Shown: positions 20,257 to 29,565 of the stretch, one piece after another | Layout of the letters: each line of letters opens with the position of its first letter | Position numbering within the stretch: position 1 is the first letter of the stretch | NCBI GenBank assembly: GCA_019057475.1 | Contig: DXJO01000004.1 | Span: 1-64,000 of the forward strand | Source: Candidatus Thorarchaeota archaeon | GTDB lineage: Archaea > Asgardarchaeota > Thorarchaeia > Thorarchaeales > Thorarchaeaceae | Direction: 5' to 3' | Length of the DNA: 64,000 bases | The notes under the pieces: generated by a model | What the model was told of the DNA's origin: nothing | The model's input: only the letters and a program-made list of their open reading frames with translations | Database searches by the model: none | Position numbers and translations under genes: made by a program

Positions 20257-21345
20257 TTATGGGAATGTGATTGTCCCATTGATTATAGCAGCTTGGTAAT
20301 CCTTGGTGGTGTTTGTCCACGACTCCATGATGTACGTGTTGCTGAACTGCAAATCCGTGATGTTAACGTACCCCGATTCTAGATTGTAATGGGTATGTGT
20401 TCCTCCTGGAAATTCATCCCACAGGGTCGAATTGATAAAATCATAGATTACGAAGTCGCTTCTCGGCATGACGCTTGTAGCAATCCAGGATCGGCCAAAG
20501 GCTATCTCTGGATTGGGTAGTCCATAGTAGTCCAGATTCATCTCTGCTGCAATTACGAGAGGCATCCTTTCGTTTTCCCCGTACAGCCTGGATCGGTTGG
20601 CGTCTTCCATCCCAAGGCGTACACCTAGCATGCTGGCTCTTACAGGAGTAAAGAGAATGCTTGCATCGTGAAAAATAAACGCACTGGAAACAAGAATTCT
20701 TGCGCGATCACTATTGTTGTAGCTCTCGATAGTCCAGGTATTGATGAGTGAAACGTCAAGATTGTACGTTGAATTGGCAGCCTCTACACCCATGAGGAAA
20801 CCATCAATCATTGCGTTGATATCATGGTCGTCCCTGACTGCCCGAATGATTCCAATGTTCTTCCTATCTTCATCATTTGCGGCGAGAAACGCAGCAAGAA
20901 CGCCTCCAAGAAAGGCTGCCTCTTCAATCGCGAATGTCGCTGATATTATGTTATCAGCATCAGCCTGACCACCTATGAGAGCAAACCTCTGTGTCGGAAA
21001 CGCACCAGCTACAGTCTGCAATGTAGAGGCCAACTCATCACCCAGAACCACGATGAGTTCATAATAGCCAGCTGCAGCATATTCCTCCATTAGAACACGT
21101 GCTTCTGCAACGGTTTCTGGAAACTCTTCGGGCGTCTGGATGTCCAAAGCCATATCGCCTGCAATCTCAAGCATGCCTTCCCATGCACTGTCTGCTACGC
21201 TCATATCACCTCTGCCGGGAGCTAAACTTACTAGCATGACATTATTTGGCCTGAAGGGGTTCGAAATCAAGAGAATTCCACCTACCGCTCCAAACACGAT
21301 TATTACGATTACCAAAGATGTCAGAAGGTTCACTCTTGAGCTCAC
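20257..21345 (-). CDS. BMP-family substrate-binding protein, membrane anchored (orphan)
   Basis: N-terminal TM; GRGDMS, YELIVVLG and EAAFLGGVLAA; multiple N-x-S/T sequons. Confidence 0.75.
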   Translation of the reverse strand: MSSRVNLLTSLVIVIIVFGAVGGILLISNPFRPNNVMLVSLAPGRGDMSVADSAWEGMLEIAGDMALDIQTPEEFPETVAEARVLMEEYAAAGYYELIVVLGDELASTLQTVAGAFPTQRFALIGGQADADNIISATFAIEEAAFLGGVLAAFLAANDEDRKNIGIIRAVRDDHDINAMIDGFLMGVEAANSTYNLDVSLINTWTIESYNNSDRARILVSSAFIFHDASILFTPVRASMLGVRLGMEDANRSRLYGENERMPLVIAAEMNLDYYGLPNPEIAFGRSWIATSVMPRSDFVIYDFINSTLWDEFPGGTHTHYNLESGYVNITDLQFSNTYIMESWTNTTKDYQAAIINGTITFP

Positions 21346-21523
21346 ATTGCTATCTCCATAGGCATTGATGAACCACCGCTCGTGAGGCAGATTTAAACTT
21401 GTTGCTCATTGAAATCCGATTCGAGAGAATGTTGGACATTGATAGGGATTCAATCGCAGAAACATGAGCTATTTATAACCGGGATGTGTACGGGCGAAAT
21501 AACGAAGGGAGCTGCTTCTAACA

Positions 21524-22240
21524 GTGGCCGCGAACACGCTAAGTGAGGTTGCAAACCTCCTCGAGGATGCATTGAACATCCATCAGTCAGTTAGACAGGT
21601 AGTGCTCTCTACCCAAGAAGGTGTGGTTGTTGCGTCCGTTTCCAAGGTTGAGGACAAGGACCCGCGACTGCTGGCAACTGTGTCAGCCGCCTTGCAATGG
21701 GCTGGTGCCACTACTCTGAGCTATATCGATAAAGGTAGGCCGACAGTCATGCTGCAATCCACGAGGATTGAACAGGTTCTAACTGTATTGCAGCCTCAGT
21801 ATCAATTGACGGTCGTATTGTCTAAAGGCGCTGATGCCGACCTTGATGTAGATGAAGTAATTCCTGCTTTCCAGTCCATAGCAACACGTATTCAACTCAT
21901 AATGGGGGCAAGCTCTGATTATAGTGGTGAGAGCATCCTAGGCAAGATCGTTGAGGCTATGCCAGAAGTGAGCCAAGCGATTCTTCTAACCATGGGTGGC
22001 CTGCCGCTTGGAGCAGTTGGATTTGAAAATCATATAGAGGTTGCCGCACTTGCCAGCTCCATGTTTGCCAATGGTTTGACATATTCGGACCACACAGACG
22101 CTATCATTGTAAGCACTGAGATGACTGACCTCTTAGTAGCAAAAGTGGACGATAAGAGATTGCTGCTGGTTGCTTGTCACGGATCTGACTCAGGTGAGCT
22201 ATGCCAACGCGTGAAAGAAATCCTGTTGTCCTACCCCTAG
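21524..22240 (+). CDS. Tandem roadblock-domain protein
   Basis: Two repeats, LSTQEGVVVAS..LLATVSAAL and LLTMGGLPLGA..VAALASSM. Confidence 0.7.
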   Translation: MAANTLSEVANLLEDALNIHQSVRQVVLSTQEGVVVASVSKVEDKDPRLLATVSAALQWAGATTLSYIDKGRPTVMLQSTRIEQVLTVLQPQYQLTVVLSKGADADLDVDEVIPAFQSIATRIQLIMGASSDYSGESILGKIVEAMPEVSQAILLTMGGLPLGAVGFENHIEVAALASSMFANGLTYSDHTDAIIVSTEMTDLLVAKVDDKRLLLVACHGSDSGELCQRVKEILLSYP

Positions 22241-22944
22241 GTGCTCTCAATCTGTGCCCCTTCAGCGTCAATCGCTGTGTCGGGCTCCTCGTTCTCGAAG
22301 GTTTCGAACTGCCATTCTTTCAGGTTGATAGTGATGAAGCAATCCTTGCCGCGCTCTGGACAATCAATACGGATGGTGATGCGATCAGTAGTCTTCTCTC
22401 GCACTTCTGGGTTCATGCATCCATCTTCGAGCTTCTCCATGAGGAACAAAACGAAAGTTTCAGATATCATGTTGAGGCTTCCCTCTATCAGAGCTTGCCC
22501 AAGCTGGGCTAGATGATGACGTTTCTTGCGTCCCTCTTTCACAACTTTGACAAGACCTACTACTTCCATGCGTGAAACATGCCACCGGACCGTATCATGA
22601 TGGACACCCAATGCCTCTGCCATCTGCTCCTGATAGCAGCCGGGATTATTCACAACGAAAGCGAAGATTTTCTTGGCTGTATCACTCCGCATGGTGAGAT
22701 ACGCCATCTCTGCTTCTTGCGACCTGAGCATCTTCGGGAAGTAGAGTCTCTTGCCAGCGAACTTGATTGACTTGACGAGGCCCTCTCGTTCCAAAATCCT
22801 AAGGTGCCATGTCAACGTTCCAAGAGGTGACTCCAACATGTCTACGAGCTCAAGAAGATAGGTGCCGGGGTTCTCACAGAGGACTTGGAATAATTCCCTT
22901 CTGAACGGGTGAAGCAAGAGTGCTAGTCGTTTCTGCCTAGCCAT
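22237..22944 (-). CDS. Double winged-HTH (ArsR/MarR-like) transcription regulator
   Basis: Two NPG..W-H..E..GLV wHTH repeats. Confidence 0.85.
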   Translation of the reverse strand: MARQKRLALLLHPFRRELFQVLCENPGTYLLELVDMLESPLGTLTWHLRILEREGLVKSIKFAGKRLYFPKMLRSQEAEMAYLTMRSDTAKKIFAFVVNNPGCYQEQMAEALGVHHDTVRWHVSRMEVVGLVKVVKEGRKKRHHLAQLGQALIEGSLNMISETFVLFLMEKLEDGCMNPEVREKTTDRITIRIDCPERGKDCFITINLKEWQFETFENEEPDTAIDAEGAQIEST

Positions 22945-23118
22945 TTCCCTATCCTCTCATGTGGCTCCTTGGTTGAGTTGAGCATTCCGCGATAAAAGGG
23001 CTTCGACAGGAACCATGAGCCGCTCAATTCCGTAGGGTAAATTCGTAATGATAGAACCTTTTATTATGAACTGAAACCAACTTTGAGCGTCGAGTACTCA
23101 CGATTCTGAGGGAGCACC

Positions 23119-24951
23119 TTGTGTGGCATCACCGGTATAGTCAGTCGCAATCGCACTAACATAGGCGAGATTCTTGTAAAGTGCGGCAGGAAGCTAACCT
23201 ACAGAGGCTATGACTCAGTAGGCGTGGCAACTGTTCATAATGGCGTTGTGGACCTGAGGAAGGATGTAGGCACAATCGATGAGGTGAATACCCAGCTAGG
23301 TCTCTCAAAGATGCCCGGCGACCGTGGGATTACTCAGCTACGTTGGGCCACATATGGTGCTCCAACAAAAGTGAACGCGCAGCCCCACTTTGGTTGTGAT
23401 GAGGTTCTTTACGGTGCGCACAATGGCAATCTGCACAACTATTACGAATACAGACAGGAGCTAATCGATGCAGGTCACATCGTGAGGTCTGAGAATGATG
23501 GCGAGCTTTGTGTGCATGCAGTGGATAAGTACTTTGAAAAAACGGGCGACATGTTTGAAGCAGTTCGCCTTTCGACACACGATTTGAAGGGGGCTTTTGC
23601 ATATGCTGTTGGGAGGGCTGATACCAAGGAAGTATACGCAGTCAAGATGGGATCGTCTTTGGTTGCAGGAGTCGGCACGGATGAAACCATTGTATCCAGT
23701 GACCTACCTTCAATCCTTCCAGTTACCAACCGAGTGATTTACCTTCAGGATGGTGAGATGGTGGTTCTTAGACCTGAAGGAGTAAAGGTCTATAGAGTTG
23801 AGGACGGAAAAGAGCTCGATAGAACTCCAGAGGTTTCCAAAGTTGATGCCCACGCGGCGGAGAAGGGAGGATTCCCACACTTCATGCTCAAAGAGATAAA
23901 TGAACAACCAACAATCGTTCAAGATGTAATGGGACTGCTTCAAGGGGCCAAGTGTGATGAATGGCTCAGAATGATTGAGGACGCGAACCGGGTCTACTTG
24001 GTCGCCTGTGGTTCATCGCATAATGCAGGGATTGTTGGCACATACTACTTCAATCGGCTGGCAGGCCTTCCACTGATTCACGCTATCGGTGGACAGTTCG
24101 AGCCAATGTACGCAAACACACTTGATGATGACAGTCTGTGCGTTCTGGTGTCTCAAAGCGGTGAAACCAAGGATATTCTGAACACACTCAATCTCATCAG
24201 AAACGGAGGCCGAGGCAAGACACTGGGCGTTGTGAATGTTATTGGCAGCACCCTAATGTTTAACGCAGACTCCTACATCCCCATGGGATGCGGATACGAA
24301 GTCAGTGTGCCGGCAACAAAGACCTACTACTCACAAACAGTCATCTTCGCCTACTTGGCTGCCAAGCTTGGCGAGAGAAACGGCACTCTCGACCCGAAAG
24401 AGAGTAGAGCCGTAATCAATAGCCTAGCGAATGATTTGCCTTCAATGACACAGAAAACCATCGACGTAGCGGGCATCCAGACTAAGGAGCTTGCTAGGAC
24501 GCTGGTTGATGTATCTGATCTCTACTGCCTAGGATACGGCTTCACTGATGGCGTAGCGAGGGAAGGAGCTCTTAAGATCAAGGAGATCTGCTACAATCAT
24601 TGTGAAGGCATGTATAGTTCGGAGTTCAAGCATGGTCCACTCAGCATTGTAACGGATGGTTATCCTGTAATCTTCGTCACAACTCCTGAAGACAGCTGGA
24701 TGGTAATCAACCATATCAATGAAATAGCATGCCGGGGCGGGCGTACGATAATCGTCGGCGAGAGGGAAGAAAAACTTACTCCTTACGTGACAAGAAGCGT
24801 TGACTATCTGGAGGTTCCCAAAGCCGACCTCCTGCTAAATCCAATTCTTGACATTATTCCACTGCAGCTCTTGAGCTACTTCCTCTCAGTTGACAAAGGG
24901 ATCAATCCAGATCTTCCAAGGAATCTGTCTAAGACTCTTACTGTTGACTGA
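23119..24951 (+). CDS. glmS: Glutamine-fructose-6-phosphate transaminase (isomerizing)
   Basis: N-terminal CGI, YRGYDS, RWAT, HNG, SQSGET, EGALKIKE, KHGP and PRNLSKTLTVD. Confidence 0.95.
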   Translation: MCGITGIVSRNRTNIGEILVKCGRKLTYRGYDSVGVATVHNGVVDLRKDVGTIDEVNTQLGLSKMPGDRGITQLRWATYGAPTKVNAQPHFGCDEVLYGAHNGNLHNYYEYRQELIDAGHIVRSENDGELCVHAVDKYFEKTGDMFEAVRLSTHDLKGAFAYAVGRADTKEVYAVKMGSSLVAGVGTDETIVSSDLPSILPVTNRVIYLQDGEMVVLRPEGVKVYRVEDGKELDRTPEVSKVDAHAAEKGGFPHFMLKEINEQPTIVQDVMGLLQGAKCDEWLRMIEDANRVYLVACGSSHNAGIVGTYYFNRLAGLPLIHAIGGQFEPMYANTLDDDSLCVLVSQSGETKDILNTLNLIRNGGRGKTLGVVNVIGSTLMFNADSYIPMGCGYEVSVPATKTYYSQTVIFAYLAAKLGERNGTLDPKESRAVINSLANDLPSMTQKTIDVAGIQTKELARTLVDVSDLYCLGYGFTDGVAREGALKIKEICYNHCEGMYSSEFKHGPLSIVTDGYPVIFVTTPEDSWMVINHINEIACRGGRTIIVGEREEKLTPYVTRSVDYLEVPKADLLLNPILDIIPLQLLSYFLSVDKGINPDLPRNLSKTLTVD

Positions 24952-24965
24952 TGAATCTACTAGAC

Positions 24966-25376
24966 TTACTCACTCTCGCCGCCAGTTTCACCGATTCGAA
25001 TCGCTCTCATCGCAGGTGATGTTACGTTTCCTGCATCGAAGCCGTTTCGGATATTCTTCACTTCTTCATGGTCAACTTTGAATACGCCGAGTAGTTCATT
25101 CTTGTCAGCCAAAGCCCACTGACCGTAGATATGAAGATCCGTTTTGGTTTCACATTCCAGCAGACCCATATTTCCAGACCTCGACCACCAGCTTAGACAA
25201 TTGATTGCATGGCCAAGCTCTGCCATGTGCTCTCTCCAAAGCTCATTGAGGCGTGTTGGACCATGACGATTTCTGAAGGTGATTAGGAATACACCTTCCT
25301 TTCCCTCAATCTTGTTCCTGATTGTGGCCAGCTCAGTTTCCGAGAATAGTGACATCTGCCTCAGTCTTGCAGACAT
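24966..25376 (-). CDS. Hypothetical protein
   Basis: 136-aa ORF filling the gap between glmS and the RimK-like gene; no motif recognised. Confidence 0.55.
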   Translation of the reverse strand: MSARLRQMSLFSETELATIRNKIEGKEGVFLITFRNRHGPTRLNELWREHMAELGHAINCLSWWSRSGNMGLLECETKTDLHIYGQWALADKNELLGVFKVDHEEVKNIRNGFDAGNVTSPAMRAIRIGETGGESE

Positions 25377-25403
25377 GGGTAACCCTGTTAAAAGCGCCTC
25401 GCT

Positions 25404-26348
25404 ATGGATAAAAGGAGGATATGGTCATTACCATACTGGTTAGTATCTTTGACACCTCAGCGCCTCTCAAGAATCGGTCTTTTCTCATCGGACCCCTCGT
25501 CAAAGAGAGAGCGTGGTCTACAAGACGCTCTAGTTCGCTACGGGGTCCAAGTAACTCAAGTCATTCCTTGGAAGGTGGCTCGGGTGGCAGCCACGCACAA
25601 GCATCAAATCCTCCTAGACGGGAAGGACCTCACTAAACTTGAGCGTCTCATCGTGTTGGACCTGGGCGCCAATGACATTGGGGCGTTTTTCAGCCGCGTT
25701 GGTCTCTTGTTTGCATTAGTGGAGTTGGGCGTTGAGGTCGTGAATTCGGTGCCATCCATCCTGGTCATGCGGAATAAGGCTGAAACAATGAGAAAGCTGG
25801 TTTCAGCAGGTCTGCCTGTGCCTCATACACTGATCACTGAATCCATTGAGGATGCGGCTCAATTCGTACGGAGCAACTTCCCGTGTGTTCTGAAGCCAAT
25901 CACAGGATTCGGCGGAATGGGTGTACAACTCATTGACAAGAAATTCGATCTGGAGAACATCTACGACTATTTGAAGTTCCACAGTCAGCTTTTTGGCAAG
26001 GGTGCTTTTCTGCTCCAAGAGTATGTACGTAGCCCTGGGTATGACGTCCGTGCGCTTGTTTTGAACAATGAGATGATTGCAAGCATGCAGAGGGTACCCC
26101 GCGAGGGCATCGTGAGCAATATCCATTCCGGGGGTATCGCTCGCCCGAATGATGTGGACGTTAGTAGCCTCGCTGTGCAAGCGGCAAAAGCTGTGCGAGG
26201 AATGCTTGTGGGCGTTGATATCATACCGGATAAGAAGGGCAACCTCTGGGTCCTTGAAGTGAACGCCACGCCTGGATGGACTGGATTGCAGTCTGTGACT
26301 GACTTTGACATCACTAAAAGGATAGCCGACGTTCTATCCGAAGCCTGA
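25404..26348 (+). CDS. RimK/LysX/MptN/CofF-family ATP-grasp ligase
   Basis: RNKA, KPITGFGGMG, QEYV, DVRALV, SNIHSGG, GVDI and EVNATPGW; true start may be downstream. Confidence 0.9.
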   Translation: MDKRRIWSLPYWLVSLTPQRLSRIGLFSSDPSSKRERGLQDALVRYGVQVTQVIPWKVARVAATHKHQILLDGKDLTKLERLIVLDLGANDIGAFFSRVGLLFALVELGVEVVNSVPSILVMRNKAETMRKLVSAGLPVPHTLITESIEDAAQFVRSNFPCVLKPITGFGGMGVQLIDKKFDLENIYDYLKFHSQLFGKGAFLLQEYVRSPGYDVRALVLNNEMIASMQRVPREGIVSNIHSGGIARPNDVDVSSLAVQAAKAVRGMLVGVDIIPDKKGNLWVLEVNATPGWTGLQSVTDFDITKRIADVLSEA

Positions 26349-26517
26349 TTACACAGTTCCTCGAGTCTGGGAGTGACTCGAACCGCGTCTTATGCTAAGA
26401 TTTTTAAGAGTTCACAAGGCGCAAGAATTCACTCTTGGAATGAAACAGTTTCCCAGAGTAGAACGGAATCCGTCCTGCTTAGCAGGGCTAGTAAAACCAG
26501 TTCTGAGGTTTGATGAT

Positions 26518-27873
26518 TTGACAGAAGCGGCAGAGAGCGCCCCAGAGAGTATTGAGTTCCTTCGGACAAGATTCAGGGAGCTAAAAGGACAAGCACGTGA
26601 GGACCTAGAGGTTCTTCGAAGAAACCGTGACAAGATGCGCGAATACAAGATGAATCGCGACGAGCACAACAAGGAAGTTCGTCGTCTCATCGAATCCGTA
26701 AAAGCCGAGCGGGAAGAGCGTGACCGCATCAACATGGACATCGGCGAGGCTAAGCGCAAGCGGACGGCCATACATGCCCAGATCAAGAGTGTGTATGATG
26801 AGATGAGCGAGCTTCGCGATCAGGTCGTCGGAAGTCCTTCCAATGATCAGCGCAGAATGATGCACCGAGTCAATGAGCTTGAGTGGCGTCAACAAACGGA
26901 GCAGCTCTCAATCGAAGATGAGCGGTTTCTGGTTGAGGAAATCGATTCTCTCGAGATGCAGCTGGTCAAGATTGGACTTGAGAAAGAGAAACAAGACAAG
27001 ATACATGAGCTGCGCAGAATGGCTCGACGACTAAAGGATGAAGCTTCAGATGCGCATCAGATTGTTATCGAGCTTTCAGAAAAGTCACAGATTCACCATC
27101 AAGAGGTAGTTAGGATACGACCAGAGCTTGAGGAATATAAGAAGGCCGCAGACACGGCACACAAAAACTTCGTCGAATGGCTGAAGAAGGTAAAGGATGG
27201 CGAGGACAAGCTCAAGATTGTTCGCACGGAAATCGATGAGATTTATGGCAAGCTTAGGAAGCTCGATGTCGGCGGCAGGGAAGCAGTGAAATCCGCCAAG
27301 AGGGCTGAGCAGAGGGAACAAGAACAGGAGCGTGTCGAAGCTGCTGTTGAAAAACTTCAGGCTGGCAAGCGGCTGACTTTCGATGAATTTATTCTGGCAC
27401 AGCGCGTGTCCTCGGACGATGGCAAGGGTCGAAGAGGGAAACCTAGAAGACGCGCTAGAAAGGAGTCATCTGTCGAAGAGGCACCAACTGAAGACGCGAA
27501 ATCTGTTGATGAACCTGCCAAAACCAAGAAGTCGGCTAAATTCAAGCGCAGCGTCAAGAAGAAATCATCTGTCGAAGAGGCACCAACTGAAGACACGAAA
27601 TCTGTTGATGAACCTGCCAAAACCAAGAAGCCGGTAAAATTCAAGCGCAGCGTCAAGAAGAAGTCATCCGTCGAAGAGGCACCAACTGAAGACGCGAAAT
27701 CTGTTGACGAACCTGCCAAAACCGAGCAGCAGGTGGAAATCATCGAAGAACCCAAGGCGACTGAGGAGCCTGTGGAATCAGGTATACCCGCTGAATCTAA
27801 AAAATCGGCAGACGTCATTGAAACAGATAAGGCGACCGAATCCACTGAAACGGAAACCGACGAATCCAAGTGA
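26518..27873 (+). CDS. Archaeal coiled-coil protein (COG1340-like) with low-complexity repeat tail
   Basis: LEWRQQT..LSIEDER, SQIHHQE, ADTAHKNF and GKRLTFDEF; TTG start at 26518 after GAGGT. Confidence 0.8.
   Translation: MTEAAESAPESIEFLRTRFRELKGQAREDLEVLRRNRDKMREYKMNRDEHNKEVRRLIESVKAEREERDRINMDIGEAKRKRTAIHAQIKSVYDEMSELRDQVVGSPSNDQRRMMHRVNELEWRQQTEQLSIEDERFLVEEIDSLEMQLVKIGLEKEKQDKIHELRRMARRLKDEASDAHQIVIELSEKSQIHHQEVVRIRPELEEYKKAADTAHKNFVEWLKKVKDGEDKLKIVRTEIDEIYGKLRKLDVGGREAVKSAKRAEQREQEQERVEAAVEKLQAGKRLTFDEFILAQRVSSDDGKGRRGKPRRRARKESSVEEAPTEDAKSVDEPAKTKKSAKFKRSVKKKSSVEEAPTEDTKSVDEPAKTKKPVKFKRSVKKKSSVEEAPTEDAKSVDEPAKTEQQVEIIEEPKATEEPVESGIPAESKKSADVIETDKATESTETETDESK
27466..27723 (+). repeat. 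99-bp in-frame tandem repeat, about 2.6 copies
   Basis: Units start at 27466, 27565 and 27664 and encode SSVEEAPTEDAKSVDEPAKTKKSAKFKRSVKKK. Confidence 0.95.
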
Positions 27874-27937
27874 AAGATCATCCACGGAGAAGGGGCTATT
27901 AGGTTTCTTCTTCCTCAAATGATTTGGGAGTGATGCC

Positions 27938-29197
27938 ATGAGTAGTAGGAATCAGAGGCCAGTAGGAAGACGTTCTGCTACTTCCGTGTTTTATCTTCTG
28001 GCAATTGGTTCCGGTGTTATGAGAACTGTATCAGTGTCCTTCGATATCGTGGCTCTCAATACTATGATTTCGGATTCCATTGCATTCGGTTTCATGGCGC
28101 AGTGGTTGGCTCTTGCGGTTACAGTGGTTCTAGTTGCATTCCTTAGCATACCCCGAAAGCATAATGGACGGAAGCGGCCAATTGGCTATAGTCTGGATCC
28201 AGATTTCGGCAGGTTCAGACTTCTTCCGCGTCGACCAATGAAGTACTTGATTGCAGGTGGGCTTCTCGCTGGGGGCTCGACGTTCTTCTACTACTTGCTC
28301 GCAGGCCAAACAGACGCCTCAACGATTCTTCCGTACGGCCAGCTAGTCATTATCTACCTCCTGCTGGGCGACCTGCTTGCAGAGAAGGACATCCCGACAA
28401 TTATCGAAGTGCAATGCATCGTGTCAATAACATTGGGGGTTCTCCTTGTCGGTGTGACCCCCGGTGGATTTGATATCCCCTCACTTCTGATTGTGCTGGG
28501 GCCCATGAACATCTTCTCTGCGCTGTACACTTATCTGCAGAGGAGGGCTAAGAGGATGGAGATACGGCCGGGTCTCAGGGTTGACTCCCTCAACATGCGA
28601 CTTTGGACTTTGCTCTTCATGAACGTCTCGATGAGCTTGATGATGCTTCCACTTATGACGCCAGCAATCTGGACGCTAATACTTCAGACATTCGTGCCGC
28701 TCTTCTGGGTGCTGCTGGGCTCCGCACTTACTGCCTTCCTTGCAATGGTGATGTATGTCAGAGCGTTAGGAAAAGGTTCAATGGCAGTTGTCAACTCCCT
28801 TGCTGCTGTGTCAGTTGTGCTGGGGATTCCAATCACCCTTCTTGGAAACCTCCTCTTGCCAGGCGCCTTTGGAACGATTACATATGATGTGTTCCTCTGG
28901 GCGCTGAAGCTGTTTGGTGTCACCTTGGTTGTGGTTGGTGTTCTTGCTCTTCAGGCTGCAGACGTAAGGTCACTGGTCCTTGTAAGTGTAAATCCTCGAG
29001 CCGGGAGTCTAATCGATGCGCTCTTTGACATCAAGGGTGTAGAAACCGCTGCAGCTCTGGCTGGCAAGCACGACTACCTACTCCGCGTAAAGGGCAGGAG
29101 CTTGACCAAGACACGATCCGCGGTTCTGAAGAAAATACAGAAGGTGCCCGGTGTTGTAAGTGTACGAACCTTGATCGTACTTGCAGATTACAAATAA
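27938..29197 (+). CDS. EamA/DMT-like transporter fused to C-terminal Lrp/AsnC (RAM) ligand-binding domain
   Basis: About 10 TM segments with YVRALGKGSMAVV; C-terminal IKGVE..LAGKHDYLLRV..IQKVPGVVSVRTLIV. Confidence 0.75.
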   Translation: MSSRNQRPVGRRSATSVFYLLAIGSGVMRTVSVSFDIVALNTMISDSIAFGFMAQWLALAVTVVLVAFLSIPRKHNGRKRPIGYSLDPDFGRFRLLPRRPMKYLIAGGLLAGGSTFFYYLLAGQTDASTILPYGQLVIIYLLLGDLLAEKDIPTIIEVQCIVSITLGVLLVGVTPGGFDIPSLLIVLGPMNIFSALYTYLQRRAKRMEIRPGLRVDSLNMRLWTLLFMNVSMSLMMLPLMTPAIWTLILQTFVPLFWVLLGSALTAFLAMVMYVRALGKGSMAVVNSLAAVSVVLGIPITLLGNLLLPGAFGTITYDVFLWALKLFGVTLVVVGVLALQAADVRSLVLVSVNPRAGSLIDALFDIKGVETAAALAGKHDYLLRVKGRSLTKTRSAVLKKIQKVPGVVSVRTLIVLADYK

Positions 29198-29231
29198 TGT
29201 ATATGGACAATTCAAAGGAAGTGGTTCAGAA

Positions 29232-29483
29232 ATGACTCGGATAATGGCATACATACTGATGGAGATTGAAATCGGACAGACTGATGAAGTGCTGCAGGAG
29301 CTTCGCAAGATTGAGGAAGCTACTAAGATATCTGTGACAACTGGTGAATATGACATCGTCGTGTTACTTGAGGTCCCCACTCTGGAATCTCTGTATGATA
29401 TAACGGTCAAGCGGATTCATGTGATTCCTGGCATCAAAGAAACCACAACTGCGGTAGTGGAGAAGATAATCACCAACACGTAA
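29232..29483 (+). CDS. Stand-alone Lrp/AsnC ligand-binding (RAM) domain protein
   Basis: AYILM, TTGEYDIVV and IPGIKETTT; no HTH. Confidence 0.9.
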   Translation: MTRIMAYILMEIEIGQTDEVLQELRKIEEATKISVTTGEYDIVVLLEVPTLESLYDITVKRIHVIPGIKETTTAVVEKIITNT

Positions 29484-29565
29484 ATGCAGAATTCAGTTCC
29501 TTTTTTATAGGTTGCGGCAATTATTGCGCTGAAACTTAGTGAGTCCCTGTCAAGCTTGATCAGAG

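Noticed and set aside
27466-27723. Direct repeats as a CRISPR array
   Set aside because: Units are contiguous 99-bp in-frame coding repeats without unique spacers, and there are no cas genes
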